Shown: in pieces, positions 55,266 through 64,000 of the stretch | Position numbering within the stretch: the first letter of the stretch is position 1 | How the letters are laid out: each line of letters opens with the position of its first letter | NCBI GenBank assembly: GCA_965228475.1 | Contig: OZ245817.1 | Span: forward strand, 2,880,001-2,944,000 | Direction: 5' to 3' | Source: Myxococcota bacterium | Lineage (GTDB): Bacteria > Myxococcota_A > UBA9160 > JAFDDA01 | Length of the DNA: 64,000 nt | Program-made: the position numbers and the translations under genes | Notes under the pieces: generated by a model | The model's input: only the letters and a program-made list of their open reading frames with translations | What the model was told of the DNA's origin: nothing | Databases searched by the model: none

Positions 55266-56228
55266 GTGGATCGGCGTCGACGCAGAGAAGGCGGGGGCGT
55301 GCTGCTCGAGTTCGCCCTCGTGATGGGCGTGCTCTGGATGCTGGTGGCCGGGACCATCGAGCTCGGTCGCATGGTCGCGGCCGGCCACCTCATCCAGGGC
55401 GCCGCCCGTTCCGTGGCGCGAAGCATGGCGCTCGAGCCAACGGGTGCGAACACGTCCTTCGCGATGGCGATCCAGAACTTCTTCGACCCCGACTACCTCG
55501 TGATCGACATGGCCGCGTGCAGGGCCTTGGACATCACACCCGAGCAGCTCGCTCGCGGTGACGAGGCCGAGGAGTTCGACGGACTCCCGCTCCTGAACCG
55601 CCTGCTCTTTCCGCTGATGATTCGGGAAGACCGGGACGTCGATGGCGAAGAACGCAGCTTCCTGCGCTATCCGGGGACGCTCGTTCGACACCTCTCCGCG
55701 CCGCCGGCCAAGCCCTGCGCCACCGCCTACACGGTGGCCGTCCCCGAGCTCCGCTCGGAAGGCGGCTCGACGCGGGTGTGTTGGCACCGGGTGGTCGAAG
55801 AGCTCGTGAGTGGCGGGACGGACGGGACTCGTTTCGCGCTGTCCTGTGCGGGCGAACCCTGCGGGATGGCCGGCGTCCAGGTTCGCTTCCCGTTCCAATC
55901 GGCCGCATTCCCCGCATGGCGGGAGACCGGAGAGATCCTCCCCGACGGCCGGCCGCAACAGCGCGTCGCCGCCTGGAACGAAGGCGCGCCCGGCGAGCCC
56001 ATCTCCGCCAGCGGAGGCAGCGAAGGCTGTTCGGATCTCTCCGGGAAGTTCGACAACACCGCGCGCGTCGGGATCCTCGGCATCGAGGACGGCCGCGTCG
56101 ACGCCTACGGCGGCCCGCTCGGCCTGGGCGCCCTCCGCGTCCTCCCCGAGATCGCCTCGGGGCCGAGCCGCGCCTATCGCAAGGTGCTCGCCGGGAGCGC
56201 CCTCTACCCCCGCGAAGGATTCCTCTGA
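55266..56228 (+). CDS. TadE-family pseudopilin with large Cys-containing domain
   Basis: RRRREGG then GVLLEFALV...IELGR...AAR..AR TadE motif. Confidence 0.78.
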   Translation: MDRRRRREGGGVLLEFALVMGVLWMLVAGTIELGRMVAAGHLIQGAARSVARSMALEPTGANTSFAMAIQNFFDPDYLVIDMAACRALDITPEQLARGDEAEEFDGLPLLNRLLFPLMIREDRDVDGEERSFLRYPGTLVRHLSAPPAKPCATAYTVAVPELRSEGGSTRVCWHRVVEELVSGGTDGTRFALSCAGEPCGMAGVQVRFPFQSAAFPAWRETGEILPDGRPQQRVAAWNEGAPGEPISASGGSEGCSDLSGKFDNTARVGILGIEDGRVDAYGGPLGLGALRVLPEIASGPSRAYRKVLAGSALYPREGFL

Positions 56229-57094
56229 TGCGACGACGATCGAGCACGTTTTCCGACTGGCCCTTCCGGCTCGGCCTCGTGGCGTTTGCCGCGCTCGGCG
56301 CCGCCCTCGTGTACGTCGTGGCCGAGCGTTCGAACGACGACTCCGATCGGCTGGCCGGCCCGCCGCCGGGGACCACCGCCGTCCCGGTCCTCGCCCGCCC
56401 GCTTCCCGCGTTCACCGCGATCGAGCTCGAGCATCTGATCGATCCGGCCACGGGCGGGTTCGCCGCGATCTACCTCCCGACGGATTCCCTCTTCGACTCC
56501 ACGCTCACGGAGCCCCAGGCCCTGCTCGGCCGCGTGCTGGCCAACGACAAGCGGGCCGGCCTCGTGTTCTCGGAGAACGACTTCATGCCTCGCGGCACGC
56601 GGCCCGGCCTGGTCGCCGGCATCCCGGCCGGGAAGCGCGCCGTTCGCCTCGAGGCGAGTCGCGTCTCGGGCCTGGTCGGTCTCCGCCGGGGCGATCGGCT
56701 CGATCTCATGGTGAGCGGCCGGAGCCGGAACGCCGCGGCGCGCCCGGGCCAGCTCCTCGGCCGCCGCAGCCGCGCCGTGGTCCAGAACGGCATGATCGTC
56801 GAGCCCGCGCGGGCGCGCCGGTCGGCGGCCGACGGCAAGATCATCGAGGAGGTCGTGATCGCGATCGATCCTTCGGAGGTCGCCGGCCTGACGGCCGCGC
56901 TCGACGACGGACTGCGCATCGACACCCTGCCCCGCTCCGGCCAGGGAGGCGCCACCCAGGAAGAGGACGCCTACGGCGGCCGCGCCCACGAGGAGATTGC
57001 CGAGATCGACCTCATCCGCGGAACGCGCCGCACCGTCGAGACCACCACCGGCGGGCCGCGCCCTCCGGCCGTCGCCAGCGGCCCTCCTCTCTGA
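56228..57094 (+). CDS. cpaB: CpaB/RcpC-like pilus assembly protein
   Basis: N-terminal TM, SAF-like VPVLARPLPAF, IPAGKRAV.L, GLRRGDRLDL. Confidence 0.78.
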   Translation: MRRRSSTFSDWPFRLGLVAFAALGAALVYVVAERSNDDSDRLAGPPPGTTAVPVLARPLPAFTAIELEHLIDPATGGFAAIYLPTDSLFDSTLTEPQALLGRVLANDKRAGLVFSENDFMPRGTRPGLVAGIPAGKRAVRLEASRVSGLVGLRRGDRLDLMVSGRSRNAAARPGQLLGRRSRAVVQNGMIVEPARARRSAADGKIIEEVVIAIDPSEVAGLTAALDDGLRIDTLPRSGQGGATQEEDAYGGRAHEEIAEIDLIRGTRRTVETTTGGPRPPAVASGPPL

Positions 57095-57097
57095 CCC

Positions 57098-58189
57098 ATG
57101 CTGGCCTGGTTCTCGCTCCTCCTGTTCGCCCTGATGGGCGTCTCGGCCCTCGCGCTCGACCTGGGCGTGGCGCGCCTGGCCCAGACGCGCCTCGAGACCG
57201 CGGCCGAGTTCGCGGCCCTCGGGCGCACCCACGGCATGACGGAGGCGGAGCTGCGCGCACTCGCCGGCGAGGTGCTGGCGGAAGGGGTCACGCCCGCGAG
57301 CCGGGTTCGCCTCGGCCCGATCGGCCCCCTCGACCCGGCCGACGCGGGCTGCCCGGGCAACCTGCCGGCGGAGGCCGGAACCCCCGCGGTCCTCGCGCGG
57401 CGCATCCCCCTGCTCTTCGGCCACGGCAGCATGGTGGCCTTCGCCTCCCCGACCGGCCTCACCGACATCCTCGCGATTCGGAACGATCCCACCATCGAAG
57501 ATCCGGCCGACCGCAACCCGACACCGGTCCTCCCCGATGCATCGCTTCCACCGGACGTCCTCGCCCTGCGCGAACAGGGCCTGTGCGTCGACGGTCGCGG
57601 CCAGGCGGAGCTCGTCCCGGCCCTCGCCGTCGCGGGCGTCACCCAGCGCACGCTGCCCGGCGGGCTGCGAGGGCTGGCGGTTGCCATCAACAGCGACCTG
57701 TGGCTCAGCCGAGAGGCCACCCTCGAGACGGAGTGCACCGCGGACCGCCAAGCAGGCCCGTGGTTCGAGGTCCAGGCAATTCCGGGCGGATGCGACTCGG
57801 GAGTCGAAGCATGTTCGATCCCCGTCGGAGACGAAGCCTTCCACATCGGGGCGACGGTGGAAGGCGATCCCCGCAACCTCGCAGCGGCCCCGGAACCGCT
57901 GGAACCCGACCTGCATCAGCGGGTCATCGCACCGCTCAGCCGCGGCGGGGTGACCGAGGGCTTCGTCGCGCTCTGTGCGCGTCTCAAGGACGCCCGGATC
58001 TACGTCTCACCTCGCTGGAACGACGCTCCGACCCGGTTCACCTCCTACACGGCCGAGGTCCGGCGCGATCCGATGGTTCTGAGCCGGCTGACCACCGATC
58101 CCACCGATCTCGAACCGCACCCGCTCGACGGCAACCTCCGCCCTCTCGTCCAATCCGCGCGCCTGACACTCCCGGAGGCCGGCTCGTGA
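57098..58189 (+). CDS. TadG-like protein
   Basis: ALALDLG......RLETAAEFAAL, matching the Tad domain pattern D.G....LQ.AAD.AAL. Confidence 0.68.
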   Translation: MLAWFSLLLFALMGVSALALDLGVARLAQTRLETAAEFAALGRTHGMTEAELRALAGEVLAEGVTPASRVRLGPIGPLDPADAGCPGNLPAEAGTPAVLARRIPLLFGHGSMVAFASPTGLTDILAIRNDPTIEDPADRNPTPVLPDASLPPDVLALREQGLCVDGRGQAELVPALAVAGVTQRTLPGGLRGLAVAINSDLWLSREATLETECTADRQAGPWFEVQAIPGGCDSGVEACSIPVGDEAFHIGATVEGDPRNLAAAPEPLEPDLHQRVIAPLSRGGVTEGFVALCARLKDARIYVSPRWNDAPTRFTSYTAEVRRDPMVLSRLTTDPTDLEPHPLDGNLRPLVQSARLTLPEAGS

Positions 58190-59367
58190 GTTCGGGGCGC
58201 ATCGAGATCCTCGTCGTCGGCACCGACGCCTCGCTGCTCGACGAGCTCGACCAGGCCGCGACCGGCACCGAGGAGGTCCAGCCCTCGATCCGCTTCGCCG
58301 AAGGCCCGCGCGACGCTCTCGCGACGGCGCGACGGCGGCGCGTGGACCTCGTCTGCATCGAACTCGGGAGCGATCCCAAGCCGGTGCGCGAACTCGCCGC
58401 AGAACTCCGCGCCATCGACCCGGGCGTGGCGCTCCTCGGGCTCCACGCGGGCGGCGAGGAGCACGCCGAGAGCCCGGTTCTCATCGAGGCGGTGCGCTCG
58501 CGTTTCGTCGACGTGCTGCGGCGCCCGATCTCCGGAACGGAGCTTCGCCCGATCCTGCGTGACCTCGGCGAGACGACGACCGAGCGACGCCGGGCCGAGG
58601 GCACCCTCGTGGCCTTCCACAGCACGAAGGGTGGCGTCGGCAAGTCGACCCTCGCGATCAACACCGCCTGCGCCCTCGCCGAGAGCCGGCCCGGCCGGGT
58701 GCTGCTCGTCGATGCCTCGCTCCAGCTCGGGGTCTGCGCGGCCGCACTCGATCTCGCCCCGGAGACGAGCCTCGCCGACGCCGCCCGCGAATGCGAACGG
58801 CTCGACGCCGGCCTGCTGCGCGGCCTGACCGCGCGGCACGAAAGCGGGCTCCACCTCCTGGCCGCGCCGCGGGATGCCGTCGAGGCCGCCGAGGTCGACG
58901 AAGCGGCACTCTCGCGCGTCCTCGGTACGGCCCGCCAGTGCTTCGACGTCGTGATCGTGGACACGCTGCCCATGGTCGACGAGCTGATGATCGCGATCCT
59001 CGATCAGGCCGAACGGATCTTCCTGGTGAACCAGGCCACGGTGCCCGACGTGATCGGCGCGAGCCGCCTGCTCGACGTCCTGCGCCGCCTCGAGATCGAC
59101 CCGGAACGCTGGCGCATCGTGGTGAACCGCACGATGCCGCGCTTCCCGGGCGCCCTCGGCACCCGCGAGATCGAAGCCCGCCTCGACATGCCCGTCGGCT
59201 ACGAGGTGCCCTTCGACCGCCGCGTGCTGAGCGCCCTCAACCTCGGCGAACCCTACGTCCTGCGCGCGAGCCAGCGCCGCGGCTGGGGCCGCGCGGTGGC
59301 GGGAATCGTCGCGGACGTCGAGCGCGCCCTCGAGATGGTGCGCTCCGAGCGGGGCGCGGACCGATGA
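58186..59367 (+). CDS. cpaE: CpaE/TadZ (receiver-like domain plus MinD/ParA ATPase)
   Basis: KGGVGKST deviant Walker A, VLLVD..LQ.G, SGLHLLAAP, FDVVIVD, A.N.G.P. Confidence 0.88.
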   Translation: MSSGRIEILVVGTDASLLDELDQAATGTEEVQPSIRFAEGPRDALATARRRRVDLVCIELGSDPKPVRELAAELRAIDPGVALLGLHAGGEEHAESPVLIEAVRSRFVDVLRRPISGTELRPILRDLGETTTERRRAEGTLVAFHSTKGGVGKSTLAINTACALAESRPGRVLLVDASLQLGVCAAALDLAPETSLADAARECERLDAGLLRGLTARHESGLHLLAAPRDAVEAAEVDEAALSRVLGTARQCFDVVIVDTLPMVDELMIAILDQAERIFLVNQATVPDVIGASRLLDVLRRLEIDPERWRIVVNRTMPRFPGALGTREIEARLDMPVGYEVPFDRRVLSALNLGEPYVLRASQRRGWGRAVAGIVADVERALEMVRSERGADR

Positions 59368-59383
59368 GCAGACGGAGGATGCC

Positions 59384-60778
59384 GTGACGGGCGACCCGCG
59401 AGAAGAGAGCGCGCGCAGCCGCCTCACCCGCGCGCGCCGGGACGTCGTCTCGACGCGCGTCTCGAGCGCCGCGGCCCGCCGCCGGGCCGCTCCGGAGCCC
59501 CCCGCCGCCAACGCGGCCGCGAGCCTGCGGGCCTCCCTGCACGCGCGCCTCCTCGACGAGCTCGCGGAACGCAACCTCCTCCACGCCGACGACGAGGCCA
59601 TCCGGACCGCGGCGCGCGAGCTGATCGAGCGCGCGCGGGCCGAGGGCGACCTCCCGGTGAATCACGAAGAGGAGCGGGATCTCGTCCGAAGCCTCACGGA
59701 AGAAGCCATCGGGCTCGGACCGCTCGCGCCCTTCGTCTCCGACCCCGCCGTCACGGACATCCTCGTGAACGGGCCGCACAAGGTCTGGGTCGAGCGCTTC
59801 GGCCGGCTCGAGCCCGTCCACGCGCCGTTCCAGGACGAGGCGCACCTCCTCCGGATCATCGAGCGGATCGCGGGCCGCGTCGGGCGGCGGATCGACGCCG
59901 CCTCCCCGATGGTGGATCTCCGCCTCCCCGATGGAAGCCGCGTCCACGCGACGCTTCCGCCGGTGACCCCCGACGGCCCGACGCTCTCGATCCGCCGCTT
60001 CGGCGCGCGGCGCCTCGAGGCCGCCGATCTCGTCAAGACGGGGAGCTTCTCGCCGACGATGTCCGACGCCCTCGAGGCCTTCGTGCTCGGCCGGCGCAAC
60101 ATCCTCATCTCGGGCGGCACCGGGGCGGGCAAGTCGACCCTGCTCGGCGTCCTCGCCGCGCACATCCCGGCCTCGGAGCGGGTCATCACCATCGAGGACA
60201 CGCTCGAGCTCCAGCTCGACCACCCGCACTGGGTGCGCATGGAGTCGCGCCCGGCCAACGTCGAAGGCCGCGGCGAGCTCACCGCGCGCGACCTCGTCCG
60301 CAACAGCCTGCGGATGCGTCCGGACCGCGTGATCGTCGGCGAGGTTCGCGGCGCCGAAGCGCTCGACATGCTCCAGGCCATGAACACGGGCCACGAGGGA
60401 AGTCTCGGGACGATCCACGCCAACTCGCCGCGCGACGCGCTCGCGCGGCTCGAAACGATGGTGCTGATGGCCGGGATGGACCTGCCCTCGCGCGCGATCC
60501 GCGAGCAGATGGTCTCCGCGATCGACCTGATCGTCCACGTGAGCCGGGACGAGGACGGCGTCCGCCGGGTCGGGTCGATCTGCGAGGTCGTGGGGCTCGA
60601 GGGCACCGTCCCTCAGCTTCAGGACCTCTTCGTCTTCCGGCGCAGCGGCCACCGCGAAGGCCGCGTCCTCGGGCGACACACCGCCAGCGGAATCGTTCCC
60701 CGTTTCGGGGACGAGATCCGCCGCCGCGGCATCGCACTTCCGAACGAATGGTTCCAACCCTCCGAGGTTTCCTCATGA
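59384..60778 (+). CDS. cpaF: CpaF/TadA pilus assembly ATPase
   Basis: GLGPL, DILVNG, PMVD.RLPDGSRV, SGGTGAGKST, TIEDTLEL, LRMRPDR.IVGEVRG.EA, MNTGHEGS.GTIHANS. Confidence 0.95.
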   Translation: MTGDPREESARSRLTRARRDVVSTRVSSAAARRRAAPEPPAANAAASLRASLHARLLDELAERNLLHADDEAIRTAARELIERARAEGDLPVNHEEERDLVRSLTEEAIGLGPLAPFVSDPAVTDILVNGPHKVWVERFGRLEPVHAPFQDEAHLLRIIERIAGRVGRRIDAASPMVDLRLPDGSRVHATLPPVTPDGPTLSIRRFGARRLEAADLVKTGSFSPTMSDALEAFVLGRRNILISGGTGAGKSTLLGVLAAHIPASERVITIEDTLELQLDHPHWVRMESRPANVEGRGELTARDLVRNSLRMRPDRVIVGEVRGAEALDMLQAMNTGHEGSLGTIHANSPRDALARLETMVLMAGMDLPSRAIREQMVSAIDLIVHVSRDEDGVRRVGSICEVVGLEGTVPQLQDLFVFRRSGHREGRVLGRHTASGIVPRFGDEIRRRGIALPNEWFQPSEVSS

Positions 60779-61491
60779 GCTTCTCCACGCCGCGCCGACT
60801 GCTCGCGCTCGCCCTGCCCCTCGGCCTGCTCGTCGCGGGCGGCTGCGCCCGGACGCCGGGCCCGCCTTCGGACCCCAACGTGCGTCTCTCCCAAATCATG
60901 GAGGCCTGGCACGACCAGCGCGCCGCCGGCGTGACGTGCCAGGACGGCTACGAGCCCGGGCGCCCGGTGGTCGACTGCCGGCGGCTGATGAAGGCCCTCG
61001 AGGGGCTCGCCCTCGAGTTCCCGCGCCACCCCGGCGTCCTGTTCGCGGCGGCCACGCTGGCGCGCGAGGAAGGCGCGCCCGAGAAAGCGCAGGGCTACCT
61101 CGCCGCCCTGTTCACGGTGCGCCCCACGCACCCCGCCGCCGCGATCCTGCGCGCACGGATTGCAATGGACCAGGGCAATCTCCCCCAGGCCGAGCGCACC
61201 CTGAGCCACCAGATCCTGCTGGCACCGGACCACGCGGGCCTGCGGGAGGCGTTCGCCTCCGTCGCGTACCTGAAGGGCGACTGGAAGGCATCGGAAGAGC
61301 GCCTGCGGGCGGCCGAGCAGCTCGGCGCTCCGGATTGGCGCGTGGCCTACCACCGCGGCCTCATCGCCGAGGCGCGGGGCCAGCTCGACGAAGCGGCCGC
61401 GCACTACCGGCGCTCGCTCGACGCCTCGCCGGGGTTCGAGCGCGCGCAGATGCGGCTCGCGGGGCTCGCCGTCCGGCCGCGCGTGGACTAG
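60775..61491 (+). CDS. TPR lipoprotein, TadD/pilotin-like
   Basis: Lipobox AGGC, several TPR-like helical repeats, last gene of the Tad arm, ATGA overlap. Confidence 0.72.
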   Translation: MSFSTPRRLLALALPLGLLVAGGCARTPGPPSDPNVRLSQIMEAWHDQRAAGVTCQDGYEPGRPVVDCRRLMKALEGLALEFPRHPGVLFAAATLAREEGAPEKAQGYLAALFTVRPTHPAAAILRARIAMDQGNLPQAERTLSHQILLAPDHAGLREAFASVAYLKGDWKASEERLRAAEQLGAPDWRVAYHRGLIAEARGQLDEAAAHYRRSLDASPGFERAQMRLAGLAVRPRVD

Positions 61492-61578
61492 TCGCGCCAG
61501 CGCAGGCGGGCCACACGGAATCGCGCTCCCCCCGGACGTCCGGTCCGGTACCCTCCGGCGAATTCACGGGAGGGATCC

Positions 61579-61884
61579 ATGAAGCGCTTCTCGCTCCTCA
61601 TCACGGCCGTCGCCGCACTGGCCCTCGGCTGCGCGACCGGCGGCGGCCACGCCGACGACCACGAGCACCACCACGGCAACGACGGCCACGCCAACGCCCA
61701 CGAGCACCATCACGGCGACGACGGCCACGCCAGCGAACACGAACACCACCACGGCAACGACGGGCATTCGAGCGAGCACCAGCACCACCACGGCGACGAC
61801 GGCCACGCCAACGAGCACGAACACCACCACCACGGCGACGCCTCCGAGCGCGAAGACTCCGATCACCACCACCACGCCGAGTAG
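61579..61884 (+). CDS. His-rich repeat lipoprotein (30 His in 84 mature residues)
   Basis: GGGAGG RBS, MKR plus hydrophobic core plus lipobox ALGC, then five 13-aa His repeats. Confidence 0.85.
   Translation: MKRFSLLITAVAALALGCATGGGHADDHEHHHGNDGHANAHEHHHGDDGHASEHEHHHGNDGHSSEHQHHHGDDGHANEHEHHHHGDASEREDSDHHHHAE
61645..61839 (+). repeat. Five imperfect 39 bp tandem repeats encoding GHxxxHEHHHG(N/D)D
   Basis: Units start at 61645, 61684, 61723, 61762 and 61801. Confidence 0.9.
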
Positions 61885-61977
61885 GGGCCGCCTGCCATGG
61901 CCCGTTCCGGCCCCGCCCATGTTCGTGGCGGGGTCTGGTAGCCTTCTGGGTGCCGCAACCGAAAAGGAGCCGCCGCC

Positions 61978-62865
61978 ATGGCCACCGCAGCGCACCCGAC
62001 CGACGGAATCGACGTCCAGCGCCTCACGGGCTCTCTCGGGGCGGAGGTCCGGGGGATCGACCTGCGCAGCGCAGGTGCCGCCGAGGCCGAGACCATCCTC
62101 GAGCTCGTTGCCCAGCACCTGGTCCTGTTCTTCCCCGACCAGCACCTGACGCCCGACGAGCACATCGCCTTCGGCCGGCTGTTCGGGAAGCTCGAGGGTC
62201 ACCCGAACCTCTCGCTCGATGCCGAGCGCCCGGAGTTCTTCGAGCTGCGCGCCGAAGGCGGATCCGGGGCGATCGCCGACGAGTGGCACAGCGACCTCAC
62301 CTGCCAGGCCGAGCCCTCGATCTTCGCGATCCTGCACATGAAGAAGTGCCCGCCCTTCGGCGGCGACACGCTCTGGGCCAACATGTACAAGGCCTACGAA
62401 GCGCTCTCCCCGCCGATGAAGGACCTCTGCGAGAGCCTCACGGCGATGCACGACGCGAGCCCCCACTACACGCCGGAGCGTCGCGCCGTCCACCCCGTCG
62501 TTCGCGTGCACCCCGTGACCGGCCGCCGCTCGCTGTTCGTGAACGAACACTTCACCCGGCGCATCGTCGAGCTGAGTCACCCCGAGAGCGAAGCGCTGCT
62601 GCGCTTCCTCACCGGTTGGGCCACGAACGACCGTTTCACCGTCCGCTACCGCTGGAGCGAGGGCACGATCGCCATGTGGGACAACCGGTGCACGCAGCAC
62701 CACGTGCTCGACGACTTCGAGGGCGAGCGGGTCATCCAGCGCGTCACCGTCATGGGCGACCGGCCCGAGGCCGCCACGCCGCCGCGCTACGAGCCCTTCG
62801 GCGGAAGCTTCAGCGCCGCCAGCTGGCGCGACAAGCCGCTCAAGGACTTCCTGCGCAAGGGCTGA
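61978..62865 (+). CDS. TauD/TfdA family Fe(II)/2-oxoglutarate dioxygenase
   Basis: LGAEVRGIDL, WHSD (HxD), GGDTLWAN, HPVVRVHP.TGR, WDNRCTQH, R...R. Confidence 0.92.
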   Translation: MATAAHPTDGIDVQRLTGSLGAEVRGIDLRSAGAAEAETILELVAQHLVLFFPDQHLTPDEHIAFGRLFGKLEGHPNLSLDAERPEFFELRAEGGSGAIADEWHSDLTCQAEPSIFAILHMKKCPPFGGDTLWANMYKAYEALSPPMKDLCESLTAMHDASPHYTPERRAVHPVVRVHPVTGRRSLFVNEHFTRRIVELSHPESEALLRFLTGWATNDRFTVRYRWSEGTIAMWDNRCTQHHVLDDFEGERVIQRVTVMGDRPEAATPPRYEPFGGSFSAASWRDKPLKDFLRKG

Positions 62866-62926
62866 CCCTCCGACGGCAGCTATGCTCCCCTGCCCGCCGC
62901 ACGCCGGCGGAGCAGGAGGAGCGGAC

Positions 62927-63838
62927 ATGGCCGACCGGACGGTCTCGGAGATCTTCGACCCCACGCGCTGGGAGGCCGTCCCCGGCTTCGACTTCGAGGA
63001 CATCACCTACCACCGTGCCGTCGACCAGGGCACGGTTCGCATCGCCTTCGACCGCCCCGAGGTACGGAACGCCTTCCGCCCGCGCACCGTCGACGAGCTC
63101 GACCGCGCCCTCGACCACGCGCGGATGACGACCGACGTCGGCTGCGTCCTGTTGACCGGGAACGGCCCCTCGCCCAAGGACGGCGTCTGGGCCTTCTGCA
63201 GCGGCGGCGACCAGCGCATCCGCGGCCGGGACGGCTACAAGTACGCCGAGGGCGAGACGGCCGAGACGATCGAGCCCGGCCGGGCGGGCCGCCTCCACAT
63301 CCTCGAGGTCCAGCGCCTGATCCGCTTCATGCCGAAGGTCGTGATCGCCGTGGTGCCGGGCTTCGCCGTCGGCGGCGGCCACAGCCTCCACGTCACCTGC
63401 GACCTCACCCTCGCGAGCGCCGAGCACGCCGTCTTCAAGCAGACGGACACGGACGTCGCGAGCTTCGACGGGGGCTTCGGTTCCGCCTATCTCGCCAAGC
63501 AGATCGGCCAGAAGTTCGCCCGGGAGATCTTCTTCCTCGGCCAGGGCTACTCCGCCGAGCAAGCGCACCACATGGGGATGGTGAACCGCGTCGTCCCCCA
63601 CGCCGAGCTCGAACGCGTCGCCCTCGAGTGGGCCCGCGAGATCAACACCAAGAGCCCGACGGCCCAGCGCATGGCCAAGTTCGCGATGAACCTCGTCGAC
63701 GACGGCCTCGTCGGCCAGCAGGTCTTCGCGGGCGAGGCCACCCGGCTGGCCTACATGACGGACGAGGCCGAGGAAGGGCGCGACGCCTTCCTCGAGAAGC
63801 GGGATCGGGACTTCTCGAAGTTCCCCTGGCACTTCTGA
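62927..63838 (+). CDS. menB: 1,4-dihydroxy-2-naphthoyl-CoA synthase
   Basis: FDRPEVRNAFRP.T, AFCSGGDQRIRG, RLHILEVQRLIR.MPK, VGGGHSLHVTCDLT, SFDGGFGS, EGRDAFLEKR. Confidence 0.95.
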   Translation: MADRTVSEIFDPTRWEAVPGFDFEDITYHRAVDQGTVRIAFDRPEVRNAFRPRTVDELDRALDHARMTTDVGCVLLTGNGPSPKDGVWAFCSGGDQRIRGRDGYKYAEGETAETIEPGRAGRLHILEVQRLIRFMPKVVIAVVPGFAVGGGHSLHVTCDLTLASAEHAVFKQTDTDVASFDGGFGSAYLAKQIGQKFAREIFFLGQGYSAEQAHHMGMVNRVVPHAELERVALEWAREINTKSPTAQRMAKFAMNLVDDGLVGQQVFAGEATRLAYMTDEAEEGRDAFLEKRDRDFSKFPWHF

Positions 63839-64000
63839 GGCCGGGTCGGCCCCTCGGGGGCCGGTGGCCGGCCGATCCCGCCCAAGCTTTCGGATTCACG
63901 GGGGTTTCGCCGATCGCGGGGCCGGAGCGGATCGGATAAACTGCAGCGCGCGTTCGACTCGCCCCGAGTTCCGGACGCAGCCCGAAGGAAACCACCGGGG

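Noticed and set aside
55810..58185. N-terminal 790 aa of the 1185-aa ORF ending at 59367
   Set aside because: Only the part from GTG 58186 resembles CpaE; the rest overlaps TadE, CpaB and TadG in other frames.
61645..61839. 39 bp repeats as a CRISPR array
   Set aside because: The repeats are contiguous, in frame and protein-coding, with no unique spacers and no cas genes.
61978..63838. TauD-like dioxygenase and menB as part of the Tad/metal system
   Set aside because: They are co-oriented but are ordinary metabolic genes, and I did not see the shared promoter motif before them; no evidence of a functional link.
63900..64000. GTTCGACTC resembling a tRNA or tmRNA T-loop
   Set aside because: The flanking T-stem pairs poorly and I could not build an acceptor stem or cloverleaf; the region is also cut by the window edge.
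1..64000. Mobile elements, prophage or anti-phage defence genes
   Set aside because: I recognised no integrase, transposase, phage structural, nuclease or reverse transcriptase motifs, and composition looks broadly uniform by eye.

Overview
High-GC bacterial DNA (about 70% by eye), gene-dense, with roughly 60 supportable CDS and no rRNA, tRNA, CRISPR array or mobile element that I can recognise. PEP-CTERM, DUF1329/DUF1302, Tad genes and a selenoprotein fit a Myxococcota/Deltaproteobacteria-like organism (inference only). The first 47 kb is mostly lipid, steroid-like and xenobiotic catabolism: hydrolases, GSTs, a haloalkane dehalogenase, a BVMO, two P450s, acyl-CoA enzymes, an LLM oxidoreductase, a DUF1329/DUF1302 pair and several local regulators with visible palindromic operators. 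Three things stand out. (1) 47.8-61.9 kb is a divergently arranged Tad/Flp pilus locus surrounded by metal-related parts: a DUF2946-like CxxC...RAPP leader peptide directly before an ECF sigma factor that has a CxxC and no adjacent anti-sigma, two His-motif surface proteins that share an identical ECF-like promoter motif (GGAACC-N14-GGCACT), an unusually long Flp pilin and a 30-His repeat lipoprotein. Together this suggests a metal-responsive Tad system. (2) 42.4-43.5 kb is a hidden selenoprotein: two ORF-track fragments joined by an in-frame UGA in a W-U-P-P-C motif, followed by a SECIS-like hairpin. (3) 35-37.2 kb is a close acetylene hydratase homologue that keeps the catalytic Asp, with a coupled small ORF and a TetR gene. 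All product calls come from motif recognition by eye and recalled family knowledge, not database searches.
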